From Acanthaster planci (lineage: Eukaryota): a stretch of 62,000 bases of DNA. Location: the NCBI RefSeq assembly GCF_001949145.1, contig NW_019091403.1:1612001-1674000 (forward strand). Reading direction: 5' to 3'. The notes beneath the pieces were generated by a model, which saw only the letters and a program-made list of their open reading frames with translations, made no database searches and was not told where the DNA came from. How positions within the stretch are numbered: the first letter of the stretch is position 1; the number at the start of each line of letters is the position of its first letter. Shown in pieces: positions 1-19,357 of the stretch. A program made the position numbers and the translations under genes.

Positions 1-1007
1 ATTTAGTGTTTGAAGAATTATCACAAAATATGTTTACAAATGCTACCACTACATCCAAGCTTTTTGCATGTTTCCAGTGCCGAAAAAACTGGTAAATGGA
101 AGACTGAAAATTTCCTGTGTCCATTAAGTTGTAAAAAGTACACCAAGTAAAGTATTACATATTGATAAGAGGTTAATGTTTTTTTATACATGTAGCAGTC
201 ATTCTATGGACATGGTATCAAAAACTCTTCTGATAAGTTAAGACTCTTGATATTCAGACTGTGCAATAAACTTTCCTACACGTATGAATCTTTTCAGATT
301 AACACAGCATAGATGTGATTTCGGAGTATTCAGTAGATATCTGGACCACTATGTGCAAGCAATGTGGCAGTGGATTCGTTACATCTGTAAGTACACCCAA
401 GAAAGACTAAATGCAAATTGACCACTCCACATCAGTAACATTTTATTAATTTGAAATCCACTTTCTCAATCACATACAGTTTTCTCCAATGAGCACAACT
501 TCTGTGCTATCCACTCACCTCTAGGGTTGTGCTGCACAGTGCAATCATATATTCTTGGACAGAACCTGTACTGCCACCTGCTTGCAAGCAATTTCTAAAT
601 AGTTGTTTCTTTTTTTACTGTGTAAATAATGTAGAAACCAAAGCAAATTTGTACACTCTTGATCCTCAACACTGCAACTAGTCCTACAAATGCATTTGTA
701 CAGCACTCAAACATATTAAAAACCCCAAACAAGTTAGTATTGAATGAAAAGTCCTCCATATGATATATAACAACTCTTTAAGGGTACCCGATTGATTTGT
801 TTCCCAAAAGCATTGGATATTGACTTCAAGTATTATATTCTTTCCCTTCATACATGCATTGTGTAGCAGGTCCTGTGTACTAAAGTGTGATGTATATCTC
901 TGTGGATGTGATCATATTTATGCCTCAAATCAAGTTCCTGTTGCACGCTTCAAACAGTAATGCAGGATTCTAAAAAGAAGCCACAATCTTCCATCCAGAT
1001 GTTGCTT

Positions 1008-1064
1008 TAATCCTAACAGTCCTCAGTCCTTCACCTGTTAAAGGACTGAGGACTGTTAGGGTTA
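1008..1064. repeat. Short palindromic hairpin element, copy 1 (taxilin 3' UTR)
   Basis: Perfect 20-bp inverted repeat CCTAACAGTCCTCAGTCCTT (1012-1031) / AAGGACTGAGGACTGTTAGG (1041-1060) with a 9-nt loop. It extends by TAA/TTA past one mismatch. Confidence 0.85.
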
Positions 1065-1089
1065 CGGTTCCTTCATCAAGTCAATTTTA

Positions 1090-9793
<8,704 letters not shown>

Positions 9794-10026
9794 TCCAGAT
9801 AAAGTTGCTTTAACCTTTGGGATATACCTTGATACTTGGTACGTACCGTATCTAGCTTTTGCCTGTGTTTAAGAACAAAAAAGCCTCTCATGTTACAAGG
9901 TAAATACATGTACATTTGCACTTTTTAGTATGTTTTTAGATTTTTGAAAATGGAAGGAAAACCTGACTATGAATTAAGTACTGTGACTTCAGATATTAAG
10001 TTTTACAATTCTTCAATTGCAAATGA

Positions 10027-10295
10027 AGTCTGGTTACCTGACCTGGATGGAGATTTGTTCCAAATTGCCTGAGTTGGGTAACCAGATGAAAAAAATGGCA
10101 GGATTCGACTGAGTGGTTGTCTTTTGCCAAACGTAACACAGGTTAGAAATTTGAAGTTTTCTTGCTTAAATATTGTCAAAATTTACCTAAACTGGACCTA
10201 TCAGGATTTAGTAATCTGATAATGGTTCCATAAGGTCGAAATGTTAGTTAGTTTGAGAAAGTGGACTTTGTTTCCTTATAATAGGAATAGGGTGC
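10027..10295. mobile_element. Truncated (right-half) copy of the GCACCC/GGGTGC MITE
   Basis: Collinear, same-orientation similarity to 20987-21252 (e.g. GGTTAGAAATTTGAAGTTTTCTTGCTTAAAT; GTTAGTTAGTTTGAGAAAGTGGACTTTGTTTCCTTATA). Ends GGGTGC|TA. Confidence 0.8.
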
Positions 10296-10431
10296 TAGCG
10301 CTAATGGTCATGAACCCCCATAATGCCCATACATGTACATGTCATGCATGTAGGCCCTAGGCCTCGGTCTACAAGTACAATTTACAAAGTAGCATGTGTG
10401 AAGAAAGATCATGGGCCCGGGTAAGACTCAC

Positions 10432-10650
10432 TAAGATAGTGAGAAGAGTCCCCGTTGCCAAGGTCCCCCGAAAACGAGTTTGGAAATTTTTTCCAAGCTA
10501 GAAAGTCCATACAGCATATATTGACAATGTTACCAATCCCCGAAAATTTTTTTTTGTACCTTAAGCCGTCTAGTTGTCTTGATATTTCGAAGCAAATGTG
10601 AAAGCACAAAGTCACCCGAAAATTGTGAGCAGTGTGGCGGCCATTAATGC
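10432..10650 (-). other. Putative first (5' UTR) exon of the taxilin gene, containing upstream ATGs
   Basis: Donor A|GTGAGT at 10431. The ATG at 10510 spliced to 9862 gives MDFLAWKKFPNSFSGDLGNGDSSHYLSKS*, which is out of frame with the main ATG. The 5' end is a guess. Confidence 0.45.
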
Positions 10651-10830
10651 TGTGATGGGTCTAACGCGTACGCGTACACGTACGAAAGCATGGCACATTC
10701 GTAACTATCTTACCTACGGCTGTTGCATGTTATTTTTACATTCATTGACTGAATCTGAACAAGGCATAGTGTTGTTACAGATAGACATAGAACAGCCATC
10801 GCGCATTACCACAGCGTAGCAAAATATGGC
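10630..10830. promoter_or_regulatory. Putative bidirectional promoter between taxilin and CEP57
   Basis: Short CpG-dense interval (ACGCGTACGCGTACACGTACG at 10664-10684, TCGCGCA near 10800) between divergent genes. YY1-like ATGGC motifs point each way (minus TAATGGCCGCC at 10636-10646; plus AATATGGC at 10823-10830). Confidence 0.6.
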
Positions 10831-10906
10831 ACAAGCCATCACGAAGTATTTGGGCGACATTGCCGTAAATTTACTTCAAGATTTCAAGACAACTGGAGGG
10901 CCACAG
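10826..10906 (+). other. Putative first exon of CEP57 carrying an upstream ORF (MAQAITKYLGDIAVNLLQDFKTTGGPQ)
   Basis: ATG at 10826, donor CAG|GTATAG at 10907. Splicing to the acceptor at 11139 reaches TGA at 11169-11171. Confidence 0.45.
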
Positions 10907-11189
10907 GTATAGAAAATAGTTTTGGAACTGGTAACATTGTCAATACGTGCTGTATTGACTTTCAAGCTTGTAAAATATTCCCAATCTAGTTTTTTGGGGG
11001 AGCAAACGTGTCCTGATAGGATCCCAATGGAAACCAACTGCCGAGTAATACCAACACAGTGACCAAAGTACATCTACATAACGTTAGGCCTAACCATGCT
11101 AACCAACCTTTTTTCTCCATTGTTAACTTTCCATGTAGATACAGATTGACTTAAAGTGTGAAGATTCCTGAACATCTAACAGATGCAAA

Positions 11190-11328
11190 ATGACTTCAGC
11201 AGGTGTGGCTCCGGAGTCTATTTCTTCATATCAAGACTATCCATCCAATCTGTCATTGATCAGTGACAGATATCCAGTAATGAGAACCCCAAAGAGAGTG
11301 AATTCCGCAGCAGAAAGCAACAACAGAG
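11190..11328 (+). CDS. CEP57: CEP57 coding exon 1 (MTSAGV...AESNNR)
   Basis: ATG at 11190 follows an in-frame TGA. Donor G|GTAACT. ESNNR-A matches CEP57 ESNSRA. Confidence 0.8.
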
Positions 11329-14300
11329 GTAACTCCTCTTTGTTATAAGTACAATAGGCTTACCTGCCTACTCTTAACAAAATGATGTTTCGAAAGTTAA
11401 CTTGTAAACTGGTGTCTGTCGTGTGCATGTGCAAAGAAGTGTCACAAGTAAGGTATTTAGGCAAGGTTCCAGCTTATTCGAAGTCATATTGGTTTGAGAC
11501 TGAAAGATTGACTCAGACCAAGCCATAGACGTACACAAGTTTTCTTTACAGTGACCTGAAGCAATATACATGTACAGTATATGTACATGTAATTAGTGAA
11601 ATATGTAAACATAACTTTACATGTTTTGTCGTTTTACTTACACAGCTGTAATATCAGCTTTATTAGGACTCCAAGAAAAGATACGCAGACTAGAAGAGGA
11701 ACGCACTGAGGCTGAAGGCAACTTAAAGTCATTGGCCACGGAAACAGCTCATTATCGTGACTTGATGAAAAGACAACGTGCGGTTAAGCAAACTTCAGAT
11801 ATGCCTGGTTCAAAGGAGACTCAAGGTAGCAAATCGCTGGTTGAAAGTGCCTCTCTTCATATGTATAGTTGCTGTTGCTGTTCAATTTGTGTATTTTTCT
11901 ATGCATTATAAATATTCATGATGAGGCTGTACATTAGGTTTAAAAGCCTTCATTGGTGTACCATTCCTCTCTGTGTTTAGCATGTTATTTCTCATGTACA
12001 TGGAGAAATACTTGTACCTGTTTGCATATGCGTTAATGTCTTTCCGTCACCACTACTTTGAACTTCTTCCTGTTTGTTTAGTCATTCATAGCTACTAGTC
12101 AGTCAGATTTTATTCTGTTTGTTGTTTGAATAATGGCTTACAACGAGCAATCTTCCATGTGAAATTTTTTTTTAACACTTTATAGCAGTGATTTGACTTG
12201 AAAGCACTAATTTCAATCTGTCATTGAATTACTCAATTTTAATGTTTGTGGTTACATATCCAATGGGCTGATTTGTTTCCATAAGTTGAAGACAAGTTTT
12301 TCATGGTACATGTACTTTTCTTTTTTCACTCAGAGTTGCAAGGTCAACTTGCTTCTGCAGAGAGTCGTAGTCAGTTGTTGGAGAAACAATTGGAGTATAT
12401 GAGGAACATGGTACGTAGTGCTGAGCAAGCGAGAGACAGTGCCCTGAGACAACAAGAACTTCAGAGTATGCAACTTACTGAGAAAGCAAGTGAGCAAGTT
12501 CGTGTTGAAGAAGAGAAAATACGTGAGTTGGAAAGGGAACAGGTCAAATTGAAGGCAACGCAAGCACTTGCTGAGGTATGTCAGAAGTTGTACGGTGAAC
12601 AGAGGAAACTTGTGTTTGAACCATATTTAAAAGAAACACTTTCACATTGGCTGATTGTAAAAATGCTGTGCTGTTGTACACATGTATGTGGATCCCTTTT
12701 TTCATTAGGGTGTGGAGGGCATTGTACCATTATTACTAAAGACAGAAACCTGTAGACAAGTGTAACATGGTTTTCTTTTCACAGAGTAAACTCCAAGACT
12801 TGGAGAACAAGGTAAAAGAAGAAAAACACCATCGTGAAATGCAGCATTCTAAGGAAGCTCATGTAAGTGTTGAGAAGTAATGTCTTTTATTGTTGACAAC
12901 ATTGTAAGCTCCAGATTAACTCCTTATTTTTATGTGCATGCTATTACCTATCCATAAGTGTTTCACGAGAGACAATTAATAAAATTAAATCTTTTATTAA
13001 AAGTATTTAAGCATAAGCAAATTAATGGGGAAACTTCTTGCATGTTATTCCCATTCCCATTCATCATACTTACGTTTCAGCTTCAGTATTGGAAAGTATC
13101 GGATAAGGCGTTGCAAGGCACTTCAAATAAGGTGAAGAAACCAAAGAAGAAAAAAGGCCCTTCTACAAGTATTCCTGCATCTTCCAAAGTACACGTACCT
13201 TCCCATAGCAAACGGCCCTGCTCATCAAGACACCTTCGATTGAAAATGGAAAATGTTCCATTTGTTGCTGGCAAGGTACGTGTATTTTAAATTAGGCTTC
13301 CAACTCGATTTACAGAGTTATACACCAAACCGTTAAACCTCCAAAGTGTCCCACTAGGGTTTACTTTTTGTTTTGTATGACTGACTGGCCTCACCACTTT
13401 GTTTTATTGAATTGTGTCTTGTGGATACTGTTTAATTGTTTTTGATGTGGTCTAACTGCAAATACAGCGGTGTAGTGCCCTTTGTGCTATTAGTTTGCAA
13501 ACTGTTTCAGATCAGGCCAGTAGGAATTCAAAGTTCAATACTAGTGGAGAGGTACAATATATGTAAAGACTCGCTCAAAAGCAAGTAGTACAAAATCCTT
13601 ACAAGACAAACGAAAAGGACAGGCAGAAAAGAAGTCACTGATTATTAAAAGGTATGGAGGTTGAAGTAGGGGTGCTGTTTTTTCTATAGACAGGCAGTGT
13701 TACTGCTGCCCTGCAAGGTTGAACTTTGTTCCATGCAATTTAAGAGCCCAGACATCACTGAGTTCTTTGCAGACCCACAATACCACTAGTTAATGAAGAA
13801 GCAACACTGTGACCAGCCAACCGCCAACACTCCCCTCTCCTGCAGAAGTGCAGTATCCACAAGCATCTATAATTCAATTGTACATGTGCATTCAGTTATC
13901 AATTGATAGTAACCATCATCTTCGTGCTTGTGTTTTTTTTTGTTCCTTGTTATAACCCCCATCTTTGTCAGAATGTAACGCCCACCTAAATGATTAACCT
14001 TAGCAATCCGCCATTCCTCACTTGTATGAGAATGGAGGACTGTTGAGGTTAATGATCAGCCAGCACTAGACAATGTGTGTGCCCCTGGTGAGTATGGTCA
14101 TGCTGGTGCTGTAAAGGATGTGGCCATCCAAGGAAACCTTGAAGTTTGTAAAATAATGATGGTATTTTCTGTTGTGTAATTTACTTATTTTTGCTGTTTC
14201 AGGCAGTCACTCCTAGTCATAATGTGAATGTGAACATGCAGAGTTTAATTGCTCTGATGAAAACTCACCATTCTGCTTGGTGTGGGAATGCATCGGTGAA

Positions 14301-16245
14301 GAAACAACCAAACCGACTGAAAGCAATGTCCAAGAAGTCTCAAGCTTTATCATCAGGAACTAGCAGTGACAGTGACCTGTCTGATTTATTGCTTGGATTG
14401 CAAGATGAGTTTGGGCAGCTAGCTTTGTAAGTGTTGTTCATCCTCGCTGTTATGAGTGTGGTTTCACAATGATGACTTCATTGCTGGGAAGTAGATTGAA
14501 GACCCAAGTTACCCATTTAAATTCCTCTCTGCCCAAAACTAGAGGTGCATTCCGTGATCCCTCACCCATTTTATCCCAATCAATGTATACTCACGCAGGG
14601 ATTTCTGTGCTAGTTACGTATTATTTACTATTTTCCCTTATTCTCATGTTCCAGAGAGCACCAGGAACTGACCAAACAAATCCAGCAGACAGCAGAGCTG
14701 CAGTTGCAAGACCAACTAGAACAAGAACTTGCTCAAATTTTCTCCAGAATGGAAGCTAAGGGCGAACAGATAAATAAACTGAAAAAGCACAAGCAAAAGG
14801 TAAAAATTTCTTCTCACGTTGTCAGCATTGAGCTCATAGTTTTTTGAGCATCATGTTGATAGGTTAAGAAGTACAGGTGTATTTAAAAGTAAAACTACAA
14901 GTTTACATGTATAAGTGGTCATTGATAGTGTTTGTACTTCCTGAAGATGCATCATTAAGTGTTGTCCAGAGAGCATAATGTATGGATTGTCAGGGTCCCC
15001 CTTCCTTTTTAAGGGTGAGGTAGCCTTCCTTACAACTTTGAGTAACTTACTTAGCTTTTTTAGCTATCTCAATGGTGATAAATGAATGACAAATAAGTAA
15101 TGTGGAAATCCCTGCATTTTTTCATGAATTTATTATTTTTCTAAATGTACTTCACCGTCAGTTTATTTTTTTCTTATTAGAAGGTAAAACATAAGTGGAG
15201 TTAACATGTAAATTATGTCCTAATGAGAAGACTTGTATTGTTTTGCATCGGGTTTCCACGCAGGCACAATTACGAAACTGTAGAAATCTAATCTCTGGTT
15301 TTTGTCTATCAAAATACAAATGCCAGAATGAAAAAGGCAGGGAACCAGTCTAAAGCCCTGGATCCCTCGATGACAACACAGTGCAATTATTTACATGTGG
15401 ACGTATGTCTGAAGACAGCAACAGGAGATCTGTCACACAATCATTGCTTGAATGGATTGAACTGCCTAATCACTAATGAAGATTTCTTTTTAGCTAAACC
15501 ACTAAACTTATAGTCTGTCTCTCTGTATTTATTTCCCCGACATACATTAATTTTGGAAAACAAAATTGTTTAATAAGCAGATTGACCGAAATGCCAGCAT
15601 GAATTTATCACTCTTGCAAACTGAAATATTAAGAGTCTTTTGGATAGTTTGAGACCCTATAATGCTACCCTGTAGGTTTATGTTTACAATAAAAATCATC
15701 TTGATGATTGGTACTTTTGGTTTTTATTACAAATGTCTGGGGGATTATTCTATAGCTTATCATCTCTTGAGTAGGATGAATATATGTGCATGCATGTTAC
15801 CCTTCCACACTGTACTGCTGGATTCAAGCCCAGCATGTGTACATGTACATGTTTAACTGTTTATGAGCTGCGCTTGTAATAATTCAACAAGAGATCAGGG
15901 ATCATCAGCAGCTCTTACCCTCCTGAATTTCAATCTCATAAAATCTGATTGATCCATGGTTTTAATTTTTGTTAATTTTTCATTTACATGTTACTGCAGA
16001 TAGCAAAGAAAGTGCCAAATTATTCAGCAAAACCAAAGCTGGAAGGGAGAGGTAGACGATCTCCTAGTGTACCGTCAAGGGATGGTGAAGTGAAAGTTAT
16101 AACAACAGTTACCACCAAAGGCAGCGGAATAAAGACTAAGTCATTTAAAGTCATAACCCCTGATACCAAAAGCAATCAACGTGTTCTTCATAATATGAAG
16201 ACATTGCAAACATCATTATGCAAAGATGATGTGACTTGGGATTAA
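11190..16245 (+). CDS. CEP57: Centrosomal protein CEP57 / translokin homolog (CEP57/CEP57L1 family), about 482 aa, 8 coding exons
   Basis: Exons join(11190-11328,11646-11825,12334-12575,12785-12862,13081-13275,14203-14426,14655-14799,16000-16245). All introns are GT-AG with consistent phases; total 1449 nt. Motifs: ESNNRAVISALLGLQEKIRRLEEER and AESRSQLLEKQLEYMRNMV (centrosome-localisation coiled coil), HLRLKMENVPFVAGK-AVTPSHNV (PINC-like motif), LQDEFGQLALEHQEL...RMEAKGEQI (microtubule-binding domain), and C-terminal LQTSLCKDDVTWD. Confidence 0.93.
11646..11825 (+). CDS. CEP57: CEP57 coding exon 2
   Basis: CACAG| ... G|GTAGC; SALLGLQEKIRRLEEER. Confidence 0.92.
12334..12575 (+). CDS. CEP57: CEP57 coding exon 3
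   Basis: CTCAG| ... |GTATGT; LLEKQLEYMRNMV, KLKATQALAE. Confidence 0.93.
12785..12862 (+). CDS. CEP57: CEP57 coding exon 4 (SKLQDLENKVKEEKHHREMQHSKEAH)
   Basis: CACAG| ... |GTAAGT, 26 codons, phase 0/0. Confidence 0.9.
13081..13275 (+). CDS. CEP57: CEP57 coding exon 5 (LQYWK...VPFVAGK)
   Basis: TTTCAG| ... |GTACGT; PFVAGK motif. Confidence 0.9.
13993..14053. repeat. Short palindromic hairpin element, copy 2 (CEP57 intron)
   Basis: Imperfect stem of about 27 bp, ATTAACCTTAGCAATCCGCCATTCCTCA / TGAGAATGGAGGACTGTTGAGGTTAAT. It shares GAGGACTGTT..GGTTA with copy 1. Confidence 0.75.
14203..14426 (+). CDS. CEP57: CEP57 coding exon 6 (AVTPSHNV...LQDEFGQLA)
   Basis: TTTCAG| ... TT|GTAAGT, phase 2. 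Confidence 0.92.
14655..14799 (+). CDS. CEP57: CEP57 coding exon 7 (EHQELTKQI...RMEAKGEQINKLKKHKQK)
   Basis: TTCCAG| ... |GTAAAA; microtubule-binding domain motif. Confidence 0.92.
16000..16245 (+). CDS. CEP57: CEP57 terminal coding exon (IAKKV...DDVTWD*)
   Basis: CTGCAG| acceptor, TAA at 16243-16245, conserved-looking LQ..L..DDV.W C-terminus. Confidence 0.88.
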   Translation: MAKKVPNYSAKPKLEGRGRRSPSVPSRDGEVKVITTVTTKGSGIKTKSFKVITPDTKSNQRVLHNMKTLQTSLCKDDVTWD

Positions 16246-16322
16246 ATTTCGTAATTATTACAGTTCCTGAATAATTTGAAGTTCATTGTTCAGGGTACAA
16301 AGTGGGTTTTGTAAGTGCTGGA

Positions 16323-16328
16323 AATAAA
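16323..16328 (+). promoter_or_regulatory. Candidate polyadenylation signal for CEP57
   Basis: AATAAA about 80 nt after the stop. Another lies at about 16476. Usage is unverified. Confidence 0.3.
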
Positions 16329-18426
16329 AATTTGAAATTGATTGTTACATGTACATGTGTCAGTGTTCCTGCTGAAGACATAACACTTTTCGTGGCATCT
16401 CAAACATGAACGTATGAAGTGCACAGTATACTTTGTATGTAATTTTTGAAGTAGAATCAGATGTGTTGTAGAGGGAATAAATTTATACCGTTTTGCCCCA
16501 ACTGTACCATTTGTCCCAACTATTAGGACATCCTTGAGTATAATGCTGCACTTGGAGTGGTCCAGCTGTGGTTAGTTCTTAAAAAGCATTTCCTAACCTC
16601 CAAGTTTATGTGGCAAAAACATCATAAAACTAGTTCCTGCAAGCATTAGCTGCCGATATTCATGTACTTGAAATGACAACACATGCTGTACCGCAAAATG
16701 GTAGTTTGAGCTATGGTTGGGCCAGCCCAGTCGTACCACTATAATCCTTACTTGTTATAATTTGGGTGTAATAGTACATATATCACACAAATGTGTAAAG
16801 GAGTCATGGCACAGAAAAGAGGTGACTTGTGAACTCATTGGTTTTGCTCTAGGACACCAGCTGAGGTGTTGTCTTTGATCAAAACTTCTTAGATGGTTTG
16901 GCAAAGATATGACCACACTTTTTCTGTACTTGATTCTTCAAAATACATGTACACCGGTGTATCAAAAGGACATTTTCATGATAGTGTATTGCCACTAAAT
17001 CCAAGTGACTGGGATATCTGAACTATTCCATATGGGAAACAAGTGTCTTGAATATTATTCTTAGGTCGTTTTTATTCAATATCAGATATTTGAATGTTTG
17101 AAGGAAATAACAATTTTGTAAGTGTATGGATTTTAGCAGAATTGAATCTGGTAATAATTTTGGAAACTCGACATAAAATCTTTTAAATAATAGGTGTAGA
17201 CAGCTGGTTTTGGAGTGTTCAGTGGAGATTTTTCTTATGTTTATTTTGTTTAAATGGTTTTCCTTGAATGAACAAACTGATTACAGTTTCCGACAAATTG
17301 CAGACATATGAAGTGTAGATTGCTTAGTTTCATGTATTCCTTTGCAACAAAATGACAAATTGTCATTGTTACAAGGAAGCCAACTCCGAATTGTATACTG
17401 AAAATGTGGGAAATGAACTGTCTCAAGTTTGTAGCATATATGGTCTATGTATTAGCGCAATGACAAACAATTATTGGTTCCTAGCTTGCCTTTTATGATA
17501 AGCGTTTCAGTTTTTTCGGTTCATATGAAATTCTTATTACTGCCACAAGGTTGAGTGAGTACATGTACATGTACACTTTGAAATCCAAAATTGGTAATTG
17601 GAATACATGTCCAGCTGATTTGTGTTTGCCATGATAGGCCTCTATTTATTAGCCATGCCTGTTTTTATTTGTTGTAAAAATGTCACGGTTGATTTTTTTC
17701 TGTTCTTTAGAAAGAATAGGTTAAAGATTTTTTGCATTTGGCTAAAATAGATAAAACAAGTCGTAACCTTAACGATTTCAGATGTGATACTATGTGGTAA
17801 TTGCAGCTTGAATAAGCATTTGTGAATACATCCATTTATCATTATAACTTTCAATTCTTACCCTTCATTTAACGCTAGGATGCTACAACGCCATTATCCC
17901 ACCTTGAGGGGGTTCCAGAGAAAGCATCCCACGCTGCTGTAGGAGACATAACATCAAAGATTAACGATTATGATCGAACTTGATGAGGTGGTTCAAAGTG
18001 CCATTTGCATAACAACATTTTGTTAAAAGAAAAAAGGAACTATTCTAGATCAACGTGGGAGATATTTTTAGTACACAAATTGATTGATTCCATGTGTACT
18101 TGGAAAGGTTGAGTTAACTAGCATGATTTTTCCCGGAGGGTCTGAGAAACATTCACCATAAACCTATCAGAACCAAGAACTGAGACGTCCCCTAAGTTCG
18201 AGTACATGCAATTTAGGAAACTTCTCTCCGAAATCATGTGTCCGGCTAATTAATTGAATTACAGTAACTTATCTGAAGGTAGGCCAACTCCCCTGAAAGA
18301 GTGTACAGTTGGTAACGACGCTCCCATAAACGGGTGGTTAGAAGGAGTGTTAAAAGCACCTGAAGGAACATTGTTTCATTTTCTTCCGTAGGGCTGCATA
18401 ACAGCTCCGAGGTTGCACTCCCTCTA

Positions 18427-18575
18427 TCCAAATTCCTGCTGGCTGAAATTTGGAACTTTTTGTTTGTCCTGAAAGTAAAATCCAAATTTCTGTTTGACGA
18501 AATTGGTAAATTTTGGTTTGGCAAGAAAGTGAATCCCAATTTCTGGTTGCTAAAAATGCACATTTTAGTTGGACC
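18427..18575. repeat. Degenerate 53-54-bp tandem repeat (about 2.7 copies)
   Basis: TCCAAATT(C/T)CTG...GAAAGT recurs at 18427 and 18481, with a partial variant (TCCCAATTTCTG) at 18534. Confidence 0.55.
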
Positions 18576-18848
18576 AGCGAGTAGAAGCAAAATACAAATC
18601 CAAATACAAGAAGCAAAATGTACAAATTTCTGATCAAAGAATTATCGTAAATTATGGTAAATTCAAATTTTTTGCTACCCCAAAAAATTGGAAAATTGGG
18701 TTGCCCAGGGCAGATGTTAGGCGACCAAGGCCCTGTGATAAGCGAGTGCGGCGCTTAGGCTCCGCCTTGCGAGTACGGCGATTGGTTAGCCGAAGTCGCT
18801 GCTTGGTTAAAATCCTATGATGTTCTATAACTACAAAAATTGTTTCGC

Positions 18849-19357
18849 GTCGCCCCGACGGGACGACAGCTCCGTCGCGTCGGGTTGTGTTGTTTCTTAT
18901 GGTGTTCTATAGCCGCCAAATGTGCGTCCCGTCGCCCTGACACCACGACACGACGCCAGGATGGCTTTGTCGCGTCGTGCCGTCGCGTCGTGGTGTCGCG
19001 ATCCTTTCTCATTACTTTTACGCTGCGTATAATGCATTACGCCTTGCCGTCGTCGGCGTCGCGTCGTGGCGTCGTGACGTAGCGTTGTAACGTCGTGTTG
19101 TGTCCTTCTGTCTTGCCGTCACGTCGTATCGTCGCGTCGTACTGTCGCGTCATGCCGTCGACCCGTTGCGTCGTGCCGACGGTGCGACGACACGACGCGA
19201 CGGCAAGACATCAGGACACGACGGCAGGACGGGACGGCACGACGTAATGCATTATATGCAGCATAAAAGTAATGAGAAAGGAGGTGACGCCACGTGACGA
19301 CGCGTTGGCACGACGCGGCAGAGCTGTCGTAGCGTCGCGTCGTGGCTTCGGGGCGAC
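18849..19357. mobile_element. CpG-rich palindromic (foldback) non-autonomous element
   Basis: Termini GTCGCCCCGA / TCGGGGCGAC. Internal 40-bp inverted repeat 19002-19041 / 19243-19282 matches at 38/40. Arms are built of GTCGY and RCGAC pentamers. Confidence 0.75.

Noticed and set aside
10714..10806. Alternative coding first exon of taxilin using the strong donor AG|GTAAGA at 10713
   Set aside because: The phase-0 frame ends in TAG at the donor, and the other ATG checked (10799) gives phase 2, so neither joins the main ORF. It could still be a UTR exon.
11169..11171. Selenocysteine recoding of the in-frame TGA upstream of CEP57
   Set aside because: CEP57 is not a known selenoprotein family and I could not identify a SECIS-like hairpin in the 3' region by eye.
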